Shown here in pieces: positions 7,828 to 16,718 of a stretch of DNA of 37,376 bases. Each line of letters opens with the position of its first letter. The first letter of the stretch is position 1. Under the pieces are notes generated by a model. It did no database searches. It worked only from the letters and a program-made list of their open reading frames with translations, and had not been told where the DNA came from. The position numbers were made by a program, and so were the translations under genes. The DNA is from a virus, in IMG/VR virus record IMGVR_UViG_3300028901_000135, positions 1 to 37,376 of that record, one strand, 5' to 3'.

Positions 7828-8841
7828 ATGGCTGGAGTGGATGTTGGACGGAAGGTGCAGTTTGGCGGCGAGACGGTCGCGGGGACGGCGGTGGCGGCTA
7901 CGGCGTACTGGCGCGGGCTGGCGGGGATGCCGGACGACCGGCGCAAGGTGGTCTTCCCGGAGGAGGACATCGCCAGCGCGAGCGGGAAGGACCGCACGTA
8001 CACGCCGATGCTGGAAGCCGGGCTGGAGCTGCCGGAAACCGAGGCGACGTTCGAGCAGTTGCCCTACGTGTTCGAGAGCGGGATCAAGGCGGTGGGCACG
8101 GGCGTGGCGGACGGAGCGGGCGGCGGGCGGCTGTACACCTACGCGATGCCGATCGACGTGGCGACGCTGAACACGGTCAAGACGCGGACGATCGAGGCGG
8201 GCGACAACCAGAGCGTCGAGGAGATGGAGTATAGCTTCATCGAGAGCTTCAAGCTGACGGGCAAGCAGAACGAGGCGCTGAAGGTCTCGAGCGTGTGGGG
8301 CGGGCGGCAGTGGACGGTGAGTTCGTTCACCGCGGGGCTGAGCCTGCCGAGCGTGGAGACGATCCTGTTCTCGAAGGGCAAGCTGTACATCGACAACGAG
8401 GGCGGGACGATCGGCGGGACGCAGGTCAGCTCTAGCCTGCTGGGGATGGAATTGAGCTGCAAGACCGGATGGCGGCGGGTATACACGGGCGACGGGAACC
8501 TGTTCTTCGGGGCGATCGAGTTCGTGCGGGAGCAGATGGAGATCCTGCTCCAGCTCACCTTCCGGCACAACGCGAGCGCCGTATCAGAGAAGGCCGGCTG
8601 GCGGGCGGAGACGGCGCGGCAGGTGCGGCTGCAATGGGATGGCAGCGCGGTGACGGCGGGGACGAAATACAGCGCCAAGGCGCTGAGGATCGACCTGGCG
8701 GGCAAGTGGGAGAAGTTCGAGCGGATCGCCAGCGAGGGCGGGATCCACACGAGCACGGGTGTGCTGCGGGTGCGGCACAACGCGACGGCGAACCTGTTCG
8801 CGGTGTTCGAGGCGTGCAATAGTTTGGCGAGTTTGGCTTGA
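7828..8841 (+). CDS. Major tail protein (non-contractile tail tube)
   Basis: ATG 7828 follows ggaaaggag. It sits directly upstream of the G/GT chaperone pair and tape measure. A strong palindrome follows the stop. Confidence 0.7.
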   Translation: MAGVDVGRKVQFGGETVAGTAVAATAYWRGLAGMPDDRRKVVFPEEDIASASGKDRTYTPMLEAGLELPETEATFEQLPYVFESGIKAVGTGVADGAGGGRLYTYAMPIDVATLNTVKTRTIEAGDNQSVEEMEYSFIESFKLTGKQNEALKVSSVWGGRQWTVSSFTAGLSLPSVETILFSKGKLYIDNEGGTIGGTQVSSSLLGMELSCKTGWRRVYTGDGNLFFGAIEFVREQMEILLQLTFRHNASAVSEKAGWRAETARQVRLQWDGSAVTAGTKYSAKALRIDLAGKWEKFERIASEGGIHTSTGVLRVRHNATANLFAVFEACNSLASLA

Positions 8842-8849
8842 TTATCGAT

Positions 8850-8873
8850 AGCCCCGGACTTAAGTCCGGGGCT
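8850..8873. repeat. Family-P palindrome agCCCCGGACTTAAGTCCGGGGct (perfect 24-nt dyad)
   Basis: Nine nt after the major tail gene stop; no T-run follows. Confidence 0.9.
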
Positions 8874-8891
8874 AAGGGGCGAGAGGGAGAT

Positions 8892-9134
8892 ATGGACAAA
8901 AAATTTACGGTCACGCAGCGGCAGTTCGAGCGGTTTTTTGAGGTGCTCGAGGAGCGCGAGGTGAAAGCGGAGAAGATGAGCACGGCGAAGTACAACGGGG
9001 AGCTGTGCCGGGCGGCGGTGGAGGCGGGGTGGCTGTCGGCCGACGTGGACGGGGCAGACCCGGAGTGGGTGACGGCGATGGCGCACGCGATCCGGCAGTA
9101 TGTCGGCGGTGTGCTGGAGATCCCAAAAAACTGA
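8892..9134 (+). CDS. Tail assembly chaperone G
   Basis: Small acidic ORF between the tail tube and tape measure genes, ending ...EIPKN* on the slippery site. ATG 8892 follows gggagagggaga. Confidence 0.8.
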   Translation: MDKKFTVTQRQFERFFEVLEEREVKAEKMSTAKYNGELCRAAVEAGWLSADVDGADPEWVTAMAHAIRQYVGGVLEIPKN

Positions 9135-9412
9135 TGCTGGCGGCGGCGCTGTGCGCGGAAGGGCAAGCGGAGCCGCCAGCGGAATTGGTGCTGGCCTGGC
9201 GCTGCGAGCGCTTCCGGGCGCTGCCGCTGGGGGGCGGTGTGCTGGACCAGCCGGCGGGGCTTCTGGACAAGATAGACGCGGCTTATGGGGCCTGGCATGC
9301 CTGGCGCAGCTGGCTGGGGCGGCAGGCGGGGCACGAGGCGGAGTGGAGCGAGCGGCACCCGGCGGAGTGGAAAACGGTGAACGAGATCCTGGAGATGAGG
9401 GAAAATGGCTGA
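8892..9412 (+). CDS. Tail assembly chaperone GT, made by -1 programmed frameshift at 9125-9131
   Basis: The -1 frame is open from the slip site (..KKLMLAAALCAEG..) to TGA 9410-9412, which overlaps the tape measure ATG 9405. Confidence 0.75.
9125..9131 (+). promoter_or_regulatory. -1 ribosomal frameshift slippery heptamer A_AAA_AAC
   Basis: Zero-frame codons are cca aaa aac tga, so the heptamer is phased X_XXY_YYZ three codons before the G stop. Confidence 0.8.
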
Positions 9413-10604
9413 CAACGAGAACCTGGATATCTTCCTGCGGGCGAAGAACGAGACCGATCCGGCGTTTAAGAAGGCGGGAGAGAATGTAAAGGGCTTAACG
9501 AGTAGTGCAGATTTGCTCAATGAGCGAACAAAACCATTAACACAGGGCATGGCGGATTTGTATGGGATGGTTTCGTTAGCTGGTCAAGCTGTGGAGGTTG
9601 CCGGAAGAGTATATGATGCTTTTATAACCAAGACTGTCGATCTGGCGATGAACGTTGAAGCATTATCCGATTTGATAGGAGCAAGCGCTGAAGAATCCTC
9701 AAAGTTAATCCAAACCGCAAAATTGTTGGGGGTTGAGTACTCAACTCTTACCTCCGCATTGGAGGTGGCGGTATCGAAGGGATTTGAACCATCCATTAGG
9801 GGGCTTGGGGAGATTGCCGATAAATATATTGCGATCCAGGACCCGATTGCCAGAAGCAGTTACCTGATGGAAATTTTTGGGCGTAGAGCAGGGCCTGAAA
9901 TGGAGGATCTGTTAAACAAGGGGAGCGCTGGGTTGGAGGAATACTACAAAAAGGTAGAACAAATCGGGTACGTAATGGATGAAAAGGCGATCGTGGCAGC
10001 AAAGGAATATCAAAAGGCTTTAGCCGAATTGGAAATCAGGCAAGATGCGGCCACCGCTCAGATTGGTCAAGAAGTAGTGCCTATTTGGTCTGATGTGATT
10101 CGGGTTGTCAGTGACAGTGTCCAGGCATTAGAGGATTTCAATATTGGTATTTTTCAAGGAATTCCACCGCTTGAAACCATAGCGGATGCTATCAGAACGG
10201 GCGCCAAGGCTTATGGCGATTTGAGAGATCAGGCCCTTGAGGCTGCCGGAGCTGTTGATACAGCAACGGCCTCAATGATTAATGCTGGTGGTCAGCGGCA
10301 TAGATATGCCTCCGACACGCAGCAAGGCACAGGTCGCCGCAACCTCTACACAGGAGAGGTCTACACTCCGCCGGGCCGGGCGGCAGGCGGGCCGGTGTGG
10401 CCGGGGCTGCCGCGGCCGGTGGGAGAGAACGGAATGGAGTGGTTCAACCCGGACCGCAGCGGTTCGATCAGCGATCAGCCGGCAGGCGGTGGGGGTGTGC
10501 GGATTGACCAGGTGGTCATCCAGATCCAGAGCAGCGAACCGCGGGCGGTGCGGCGCGAGGTGGAGCAGGCGCTGCGCGATCTGCAAGCGGTGGGGCGGTT
10601 ATGA
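9405..10604 (+). CDS. Tape measure protein, 399 aa (short)
   Basis: Follows G/GT. Long helical sequence (LIGASAEESSKLIQTAKLLGVEYSTLTSALEV...) typical of tape measure proteins. The central part is visibly lower in GC. Confidence 0.8.
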   Translation: MADNENLDIFLRAKNETDPAFKKAGENVKGLTSSADLLNERTKPLTQGMADLYGMVSLAGQAVEVAGRVYDAFITKTVDLAMNVEALSDLIGASAEESSKLIQTAKLLGVEYSTLTSALEVAVSKGFEPSIRGLGEIADKYIAIQDPIARSSYLMEIFGRRAGPEMEDLLNKGSAGLEEYYKKVEQIGYVMDEKAIVAAKEYQKALAELEIRQDAATAQIGQEVVPIWSDVIRVVSDSVQALEDFNIGIFQGIPPLETIADAIRTGAKAYGDLRDQALEAAGAVDTATASMINAGGQRHRYASDTQQGTGRRNLYTGEVYTPPGRAAGGPVWPGLPRPVGENGMEWFNPDRSGSISDQPAGGGGVRIDQVVIQIQSSEPRAVRREVEQALRDLQAVGRL

Positions 10605-12079
10605 GCCTGTTCGGGGCGGTCAAATATGGGACGCCTAAGTACGGCGCGTCCACGGCGACGGGGCTGCGCTGGGGGCTGATCGTCGATTGGGACGAGGACG
10701 GGGCCTATGACAGCAGCAACGAGGCTTTTTTTATGACCGGGTTGCAGATCGAGCGCGGGCGGACGGCCTACCTGGAGGAGCGCGGGGCGTTCGTGCCGAT
10801 CTCGATCGGGCGGGCGACGGTGACGCTGCGCAACCGGGACGGGCGCTACAACGCTTACAATACGAGCGGGGCGCTCTACCCCAACGTGGGGCCGGGAAAA
10901 TTCACGCAGATCGTGGCGCGGTCGGGGGCAACGACCTACACGGTTTTCAGCGGGGTGATCCAGGAGATCAATCCGGCGGGATATAACCAGGTTGTGGAAA
11001 TGGTGATCGAGGACGGGCTGCGCTGGCTGGCGGATCAAAACGTGGAAACGGCGATCTACGAACAGACGAGTGCGGACGAGGCGGTCGGGGCGATCCTGGA
11101 CGCGGCATACTGGCCGGCGCAGTGGGGCAGGGACCTGGGCGGCGGGGCGGACGTGCTGGATTATTGGTGGGCGAAAGGCCAGGCGGCATTCGACGAGATC
11201 CGCGAGCTGGCGGACAGCGAGATCGGGCGGTTCCACGTGGCGGCGGATGGGCGCCTGGTCTATCGCAGCCGGCACGCGAGCGAGAGCAGCACGCTGAGCG
11301 TGAGCCAGACCGAGCTGCTGGCCAACCCGACCATCCCGCAGCCGTGGTCGTTCCGGCGCAACGTGGTCAAGGTGCTGGCGCATCCGCTGCAAGCGCAAAC
11401 CGCCGGGCAGATCTGGCGCAGCAGCGCGGAACATGCGATCGGGCCGGGCGCGAGCGTGGAGGTGACGGCGGAATTTTCGGCGGCGGCGCTGGACCTGGTG
11501 ACGCCGGTGGCCACGACCGATTACACGGCTTACAGCCAGAGCAATGGGCGAGGGACGAACCTGACGGCAGCGATCACTGCGGCGGTGAGCAGCGCCCTGG
11601 CGGAATCGGCTACGATTACACTGACCAATACAGGCAGCCAGATGGCCTATGTCAACTTTTTGCAACTGCGGGCCACCGGGCTGGGAGAATCGACGGTTTC
11701 GGCGAGCGCGAACGGCAGCGGCTACGACCGCAGGCCGCGCACGCTGGAACTGGATTTGAGCTGGCAGCAGGACGCGAACAACCCGGCAGCGTTCGCCGAG
11801 CAGCTCGTGGCGTTCCTCAACGCGGCAAGCCCATTCCCCACGGTGCAGATCGAGCAGCGGCCGTCGATCCAGTTTGGCGCGGATTTGTTCGACCTGGTGA
11901 CGGTGAGCCTGGCAGCGATCGGGATTTCGGGCATCTACCGGTTGGGGTACATCGCCCATGAGTGGCTGAGCGAAAACGGCCAGGCAGTGCGCACGACCTG
12001 GAGCTTCGAGCCGCGCATGGAATACAACTATTGGCGTTTCAACGACGCGACTTTGGACAGTTCTTTGCTAGGATGGTGA
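10601..12079 (+). CDS. Distal tail protein-like tail component, 492 aa
   Basis: ATGA overlap with the tape measure gene. N-terminus (GLRWGLIVDWDEDGAYD...RATVTLRNRDGRYN) resembles siphovirus tail component proteins. Confidence 0.6.
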   Translation: MSLFGAVKYGTPKYGASTATGLRWGLIVDWDEDGAYDSSNEAFFMTGLQIERGRTAYLEERGAFVPISIGRATVTLRNRDGRYNAYNTSGALYPNVGPGKFTQIVARSGATTYTVFSGVIQEINPAGYNQVVEMVIEDGLRWLADQNVETAIYEQTSADEAVGAILDAAYWPAQWGRDLGGGADVLDYWWAKGQAAFDEIRELADSEIGRFHVAADGRLVYRSRHASESSTLSVSQTELLANPTIPQPWSFRRNVVKVLAHPLQAQTAGQIWRSSAEHAIGPGASVEVTAEFSAAALDLVTPVATTDYTAYSQSNGRGTNLTAAITAAVSSALAESATITLTNTGSQMAYVNFLQLRATGLGESTVSASANGSGYDRRPRTLELDLSWQQDANNPAAFAEQLVAFLNAASPFPTVQIEQRPSIQFGADLFDLVTVSLAAIGISGIYRLGYIAHEWLSENGQAVRTTWSFEPRMEYNYWRFNDATLDSSLLGW

Positions 12080-12082
12080 GAT

Positions 12083-12595
12083 ATGGCCTATAACGAACCT
12101 CCGACCTGGAGCGTGGGCGATCCGCTCACGGCGGCGCAGATGAACACGTATCTGCGCGATAACATGATCGAACTGGAGGCGCGGAAGGGGGTGTACGCGC
12201 GGTGCACCAACAGCGGTTCGCAGTCGATCAGCAACGATTCATTGACAGCACTTTCGAGCCTGGACACCGAGGAGCAGGATCCATTTGGCTTTCACAGCGG
12301 GAGCAACGGATATTTCACGGTGCCGGCGGGCAAGAGCGGGTTTTATATCATCGGCGCGACGGGATATTGGTCGTTCCATGCTGACGGGAGGCGGAGCATC
12401 GGGATCCGGATCAACGGGGTGGACAAGGACCGGCAAACCTCCGAATCGCCCAACAGTTCGGGCACACTGGATCAGCAGGTTGCCTGTGGAATATACCTCA
12501 ATGCGGGCGACACAGTCACCGCAAGCGTTTATCAAAACTCATTGACTACCCTGACATTCTCAGGCGCCACGCTGTGGCTGTTGTGCGTGGCATAG
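12083..12595 (+). CDS. Tail fibre/receptor-binding-like protein, 170 aa
   Basis: N-terminal PPTWSVGDPLTAAQMNTYLRDNMIELE resembles motifs common at tail fibre N-termini; position is in the tail module. Confidence 0.55.
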   Translation: MAYNEPPTWSVGDPLTAAQMNTYLRDNMIELEARKGVYARCTNSGSQSISNDSLTALSSLDTEEQDPFGFHSGSNGYFTVPAGKSGFYIIGATGYWSFHADGRRSIGIRINGVDKDRQTSESPNSSGTLDQQVACGIYLNAGDTVTASVYQNSLTTLTFSGATLWLLCVA

Positions 12596-12607
12596 GAAGG
12601 ATCCATT

Positions 12608-13471
12608 ATGGCAGCATCTTATCCGGCGGCGGTCAAGAGTTTTACGACGAAGGTCGACGGCGTGACCGATATTTTGGCGGAGCACATCAACAGCCCGCAA
12701 GAGGAGATCGTGGCGATCGAAACGGAGTTGGGGACCAACCCCAAGGGCACGGCGGCGAGCGTAGCTGCACTGCTCGCGGAGCTTACCACGTTTAGGACCA
12801 ACCTGCTGGCCGGCTGGATCTCACCGGGAGCAACGTGGACCTACGTCAGCGCGACACAATTCACGGAACCTGGAGACAAGACGGCGGTCTATAAAACCGG
12901 GACGAAGCTCAAGTGCACCAACAACGGCATCGTTAAATATTTTTCCGTTCTCAGCTCGTCCTACTCCGCGCCCAACACGGCGGTGACCATATCGGGCGGG
13001 AATGATTACTCGCTGGCCAACGCGGCGATCTCGAGCAATTTTTACTCGTATGCGGAGAACCCGCAGGGGTTCCCAGGATTTTTCAACTGGACGCCGACGT
13101 TTGTTTCGACGAGTGCCACCTTCGTCTACAATCTCCAATCGGGGACATTTTCCATTCGCGGGAGAGCGATCACGGTGCAAGGCTTCATCAACCTTACCGG
13201 GGCGCCTGGGGGTACCACCAGCAACGCACTGACGATCGCGCTGCCCTTCACGGCCGCCACCATCTCGGGATGGTCGATGTACTTCTCTAATTACTGGTCG
13301 ATCGTGACGTTGCCGGCCAATATGACGCAGCTGCTTTCGTATGTGAGTTCCGGTGGGGCGGCTGTCACGCTGCGATATACCGGGTCCGGGCAGACGGCGG
13401 GCAATCTACTGGCGAGCGCATTAGGCTCTAATGCCGTGATGGGTTTTGCCGGTCAGTACTGGCTTCCGTAG
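12608..13471 (+). CDS. Tail fibre protein, 287 aa
   Basis: N-terminal ...ILAEHINSPQEEIVAIETELGTNPKG... is a recurrent tail fibre motif. It is the last gene of the structural operon. Confidence 0.6.
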   Translation: MAASYPAAVKSFTTKVDGVTDILAEHINSPQEEIVAIETELGTNPKGTAASVAALLAELTTFRTNLLAGWISPGATWTYVSATQFTEPGDKTAVYKTGTKLKCTNNGIVKYFSVLSSSYSAPNTAVTISGGNDYSLANAAISSNFYSYAENPQGFPGFFNWTPTFVSTSATFVYNLQSGTFSIRGRAITVQGFINLTGAPGGTTSNALTIALPFTAATISGWSMYFSNYWSIVTLPANMTQLLSYVSSGGAAVTLRYTGSGQTAGNLLASALGSNAVMGFAGQYWLP

Positions 13472-15073
13472 GGGGAGGTAGATTTTATTGGTATGGTCGG
13501 AGACCCTCCCGGGGCACCTACCATACGCATAAAAACCCTCTTCGGTCGGCAGGAGCGAATAACACTCCACCAGGCCGAGGAGGGTTTTGTTTTCTACGTC
13601 CAGTTCGGCGGCGATGCGCTTGACCAGGCCCTGGAGGGCGGGTTTGATCTGGGCGGTGTCGCCGGAAGAGAGGGCCAGACGCAGGCGGGCGGCGCGACTT
13701 TTCATCTCCTCGAGGGCGGGCAGGGGGGCGGCCGGTTTATCGAGGGCGGCCAGGGTTGCAAGGTTGGCAGTCTCTTCGGCCTGGAGATCGTGCAGGCGGG
13801 TCATCATGGCGGGAGGTGCGCCGCGGCCAGCATCGGCCAGCAGGTCAAGGAGGTTGGAGATCTTCCGGCGCACGCCGCTGAGTTCGCGGGCGATCTTGTT
13901 GCGCCGTTTTTTGAGTGTGGCGGTCTCCTGTTCGCGCTCAAGGTGGAGGGCCAGCCAGCCGATGGATATGACCTCGTCGGTCAGGCCCTCGTCGATGACA
14001 GCATCGAGGACGGCGTTCTCGAGCTGGGCGCGTGGAATATTGCGGGCGTCGCAGCCGGTGTTGCGGGTGCGGCCGCTGCACGTGTAGTATTGGTAGCGGT
14101 AGCCGGAGGTGGTCTTGAACTGGACGGTTTCGGCGGTGAGCATGGCGCCGCAGCGGGCGCAGTGCACCAGGCCGGTGAGAAGGAATTCGCCGGTGCCGCG
14201 ACGAGGATGGTCGGGGCGGTCGGGTCCGGCGGCGACGCGGGCGCGCTGGGCATCCTGGACGAGCTGGACGGCGGTCCAGGTGGCGTTGTCGACAAGCGGG
14301 GTGCAGTAATCTTCGATGACCTGGTCGCCGAAGCGCAGGCGGCCGATGTAGATCTCGTTGCGAAAGAAGCGCTCGAAGCCTGGCGTGCTGCTGTAGAGGT
14401 GGGTGGCGGCGTTAATGGATTTGTAGGAAGCGCCGGCGGCGCGCATCTCGAACGCCTGGCGGACGAGGGGGACCATGGCCGGGTCGGGCTGCCAGCGGTG
14501 AACGACGTGGGGGCGGCCGTCGCGGTGGGCGCCGATGGTGAGAGGAACGCGGACGAAGCCGCGGGGCGGGGTGCCGCCGAGGGCGCCGTGCTGGTCCACG
14601 AGGTGGCGCAGACCGCGCTTGACATCGGCGCGGAGATCCTCGAGGAAGCGGGCGTTCATCCAGTCGATGGCGGCTTCGAAGAGGCGGCCGTCGAGACCCT
14701 CGGGGACGGAATCGTTGAGGGAATGGATGATCACGCCGCGGCGGCGCAGGTCGGCCTTGTAGAACTGGGCGTCATCGATGTCACGGGCGAAGCGGTTGTA
14801 CTTCCAGACGATGATGCCCTTCTCGGGGCAGTTGGGGGCGCGGAAGGCGCGGATCATCTCGAGGAAGGCTTCGCGGCCAACGGTGGAGGAGCCGGGGCGG
14901 GCGGCGTCGCGGTAGATGGCGGTGAGGAGGATGCCGGAGCGCTCGCACCAGGCGCGGATGGACTGTTCCTGCTGTTCGACGGAAAGCTCCTGGTCCTCGT
15001 GGCCGCTATCGCGGAGGTAGGCGGCGACGCGGGATCCGGAAGGGAATGGGCCGGAATTCCTATCCGTCATCAT
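13421..15073 (-). CDS. Large serine recombinase (integrase type)
   Basis: Resolvase-type N-terminus (VAAYLRDSGHEDQELSVEQQ, YRDAARPGSS, VWKYNRFARD), a recombinase domain, a Cys cluster (CARCG...YYTCSG...GC) and a coiled-coil tail. Start ATGATG at 15073 overlaps the stop of the upstream gene; the track's 15124 start is a less likely extension. Confidence 0.85.
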   Translation of the reverse strand: MMTDRNSGPFPSGSRVAAYLRDSGHEDQELSVEQQEQSIRAWCERSGILLTAIYRDAARPGSSTVGREAFLEMIRAFRAPNCPEKGIIVWKYNRFARDIDDAQFYKADLRRRGVIIHSLNDSVPEGLDGRLFEAAIDWMNARFLEDLRADVKRGLRHLVDQHGALGGTPPRGFVRVPLTIGAHRDGRPHVVHRWQPDPAMVPLVRQAFEMRAAGASYKSINAATHLYSSTPGFERFFRNEIYIGRLRFGDQVIEDYCTPLVDNATWTAVQLVQDAQRARVAAGPDRPDHPRRGTGEFLLTGLVHCARCGAMLTAETVQFKTTSGYRYQYYTCSGRTRNTGCDARNIPRAQLENAVLDAVIDEGLTDEVISIGWLALHLEREQETATLKKRRNKIARELSGVRRKISNLLDLLADAGRGAPPAMMTRLHDLQAEETANLATLAALDKPAAPLPALEEMKSRAARLRLALSSGDTAQIKPALQGLVKRIAAELDVENKTLLGLVECYSLLPTEEGFYAYGRCPGRVSDHTNKIYLPLRKPVLTGKTHHGIRA

Positions 15074-15470
15074 CGTCCTGGTCGTAAATATTATTTTCGT
15101 CGACCCAGGTTGGCCCCAGGGCAACAGGATGCTGCTGTTCGGCGTCCCAGTGATCGTAGCGAAATGTTTTTATTTGATGATAGCGGGAAAAATAGAAGAT
15201 CATGGCGGCGCAGGTGGCGCAGAATTTGATGCCTGATCCAAACGAGTCGTTGTAGCGGAAATAATACTCATCGGGGTGAATAGAGCAGCCACGAATACAT
15301 TCATGGGCTTTTCGCGCGCGAGGCATTTTCCAGAGATCAGGATTTCGAACGGATAGGCGGTTCTGGATTTCTTCCAGGGCCCAGAAATTTGAGTATTTTT
15401 GCGAATCGGTAAATTCTGGGTTGGCAAAAATATTGAAAAGGAAATCTTCGATGGGTATATGTTGGGCCAT
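15060..15470 (-). CDS. Hypothetical Cys/His-containing protein, 136 aa, acidic tail (DQDDDDG)
   Basis: Low-GC ORF with HECIRGC and CATC motifs. It appears translationally coupled to the serine recombinase (its stop lies inside ATGATGACGGATAG). Confidence 0.6.
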   Translation of the reverse strand: MAQHIPIEDFLFNIFANPEFTDSQKYSNFWALEEIQNRLSVRNPDLWKMPRARKAHECIRGCSIHPDEYYFRYNDSFGSGIKFCATCAAMIFYFSRYHQIKTFRYDHWDAEQQHPVALGPTWVDENNIYDQDDDDG

Positions 15471-15472
15471 GG

Positions 15473-15670
15473 TTATAAATTAAAAAAGACCTTTATTCCA
15501 TTCACCATCCAGTAGCCTGAAAAAATCAAGACCAAAACGAGGCCAAGAGCTATCATGCCTATATTGGTGTTGTTTTTCCTGTCTTTAGTGGTCATAAATC
15601 TATAAAAAACGAAACAAAGCATCAGGAATACGACAATTCTGAGGATGACCAGGCTAAATATAGGTGGCAT
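15473..15670 (-). CDS. Small membrane protein, ~65 aa, two predicted TM helices
   Basis: MPPIFSLVILRIVVFLMLCFVFY...IGMIALGLVLVLIFSGYW. ATG 15670 avoids overlap with the upstream gene; the region is low-GC. Confidence 0.5.
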   Translation of the reverse strand: MPPIFSLVILRIVVFLMLCFVFYRFMTTKDRKNNTNIGMIALGLVLVLIFSGYWMVNGIKVFFNL

Positions 15671-15678
15671 AGAAATTC

Positions 15679-16110
15679 CTATTGGCAAGCGCAACCAGGC
15701 GCTTTATGGCAGGTTTTAGATTTCGAGATGCACGAATCGCCGCACGCCTGGCTGTCCGAGCCGCAAACTTTGCAGCACGTTTTGGACGGATCCGCGTTCG
15801 ATCCGCCACCAAGATCGATCGTGGCCATGCGCACAGGAACGTCTGTGAAGGTGGGCACGGTGGTGCTCGATGGGCGCAGGGTCGCCGTGGCCGGAACTCG
15901 GGTTGTGGCGACGGTCGTGAAAGTCGGCTGTGGTGATGGAGTGACCGTTGCAGGTGCGGTTGTTGCTGAGGGTACTGTCGCCGCGAGAATCGTTGGCGTG
16001 GGATCTGATTGGCTGCTGAGTGCGCCGGCGAATAACGCGATGGCGGCCAGGGCAATCCCGCCGGCGATCGCGAAGAGAGTGAAACGTCCGCGGCTGGAAT
16101 TTTTAGGCAT
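15679..16110 (-). CDS. Membrane-anchored/secreted protein with a Thr/Pro-rich linker and an 8-Cys C-terminal module
   Basis: MPKNSSRGRFTLFAIAGGIALAAIALFAG anchor, a TTAPATVTPSPQPT linker, then CCKVCGSDSQACGDSCISKSKTCHKAPGCAC. Confidence 0.6.
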   Translation of the reverse strand: MPKNSSRGRFTLFAIAGGIALAAIALFAGALSSQSDPTPTILAATVPSATTAPATVTPSPQPTFTTVATTRVPATATLRPSSTTVPTFTDVPVRMATIDLGGGSNADPSKTCCKVCGSDSQACGDSCISKSKTCHKAPGCACQ

Positions 16111-16600
16111 CGCTGCGAGCCCTCGTAAAAAATGGGAGAAACAAAGCAACGATCATCCCATCGAGCGCCAGGAACGTGACCAGGCCGAGGATGGCCGTGA
16201 CCGTCTCGCCGGGCTGGAAAGCGGAGATCAGCGGGCAGGCGATGAGCAGGGCGCCGCAGATGGTTTGCGCGCGGGCGCTGGCCGGCGATTCTTCGTATGG
16301 CGTGGATGCGGGCAGCGGTTGGGCTGGGTGCCGGGCGGCGTATTCCTGCTGCCATTGGACGAAACGAGCCTGGTTGCGCTCATCCTCGAAGGCCTTGCGG
16401 CGCTTGCGATCCTCGAGGGCGGGCTGGTCATAAGGCATGACCAGGGCAACGATCAGCGATATCACCGGCAGGAATATTCCTAGTGCAGCCCCGAGAATTC
16501 CAGATTGTCCCTTGCGATAAAACGTGTTGGCTGTGATGACGAGACAGGAAAAATAAAAAACTATGCTTGCGAGAGCGACGAACAATTCCATTTTTTTCAT
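16103..16600 (-). CDS. Integral membrane protein, 165 aa (about 4 TM helices)
   Basis: Hydrophobic segments flank a charged loop (EDRKRRKAFEDERNQARF). It is the first gene downstream of the repressor on the - strand. Confidence 0.6.
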   Translation of the reverse strand: MKKMELFVALASIVFYFSCLVITANTFYRKGQSGILGAALGIFLPVISLIVALVMPYDQPALEDRKRRKAFEDERNQARFVQWQQEYAARHPAQPLPASTPYEESPASARAQTICGALLIACPLISAFQPGETVTAILGLVTFLALDGMIVALFLPFFTRARSDA

Positions 16601-16718
16601 CCCCTTTGGGGTGATCCCCCATGTTTCACCGTATATTGGTCGGATGGGTGATTTTGTTTGTTGAATTAATGTTCTATAATTATCGCATGAACGATAGCGA
16701 TAGAGTTTTGTGGTTCGC

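Noticed and set aside
10475-11959. 494-aa - strand ORF, with similar long - strand ORFs at 1600..2460, 7750..8568, 8555..9550, 27660..29237 and 34405..35529
   Set aside because: They are Arg/Pro/His/Ala-rich antisense shadows of well-supported + strand structural or replication genes. There are no start contexts and no motifs.
12083-13471. Diversity-generating retroelement targeting the fibre genes
   Set aside because: No reverse transcriptase gene and no template/variable repeat pair could be found in the genome.
13493-15229. 578-aa + strand ORF antisense to the serine recombinase
   Set aside because: The translation is low-complexity Gly/Ala/Val/Asp-rich with no motif. The opposite strand carries clear serine recombinase motifs, so this is a typical shadow ORF of GC-rich DNA.
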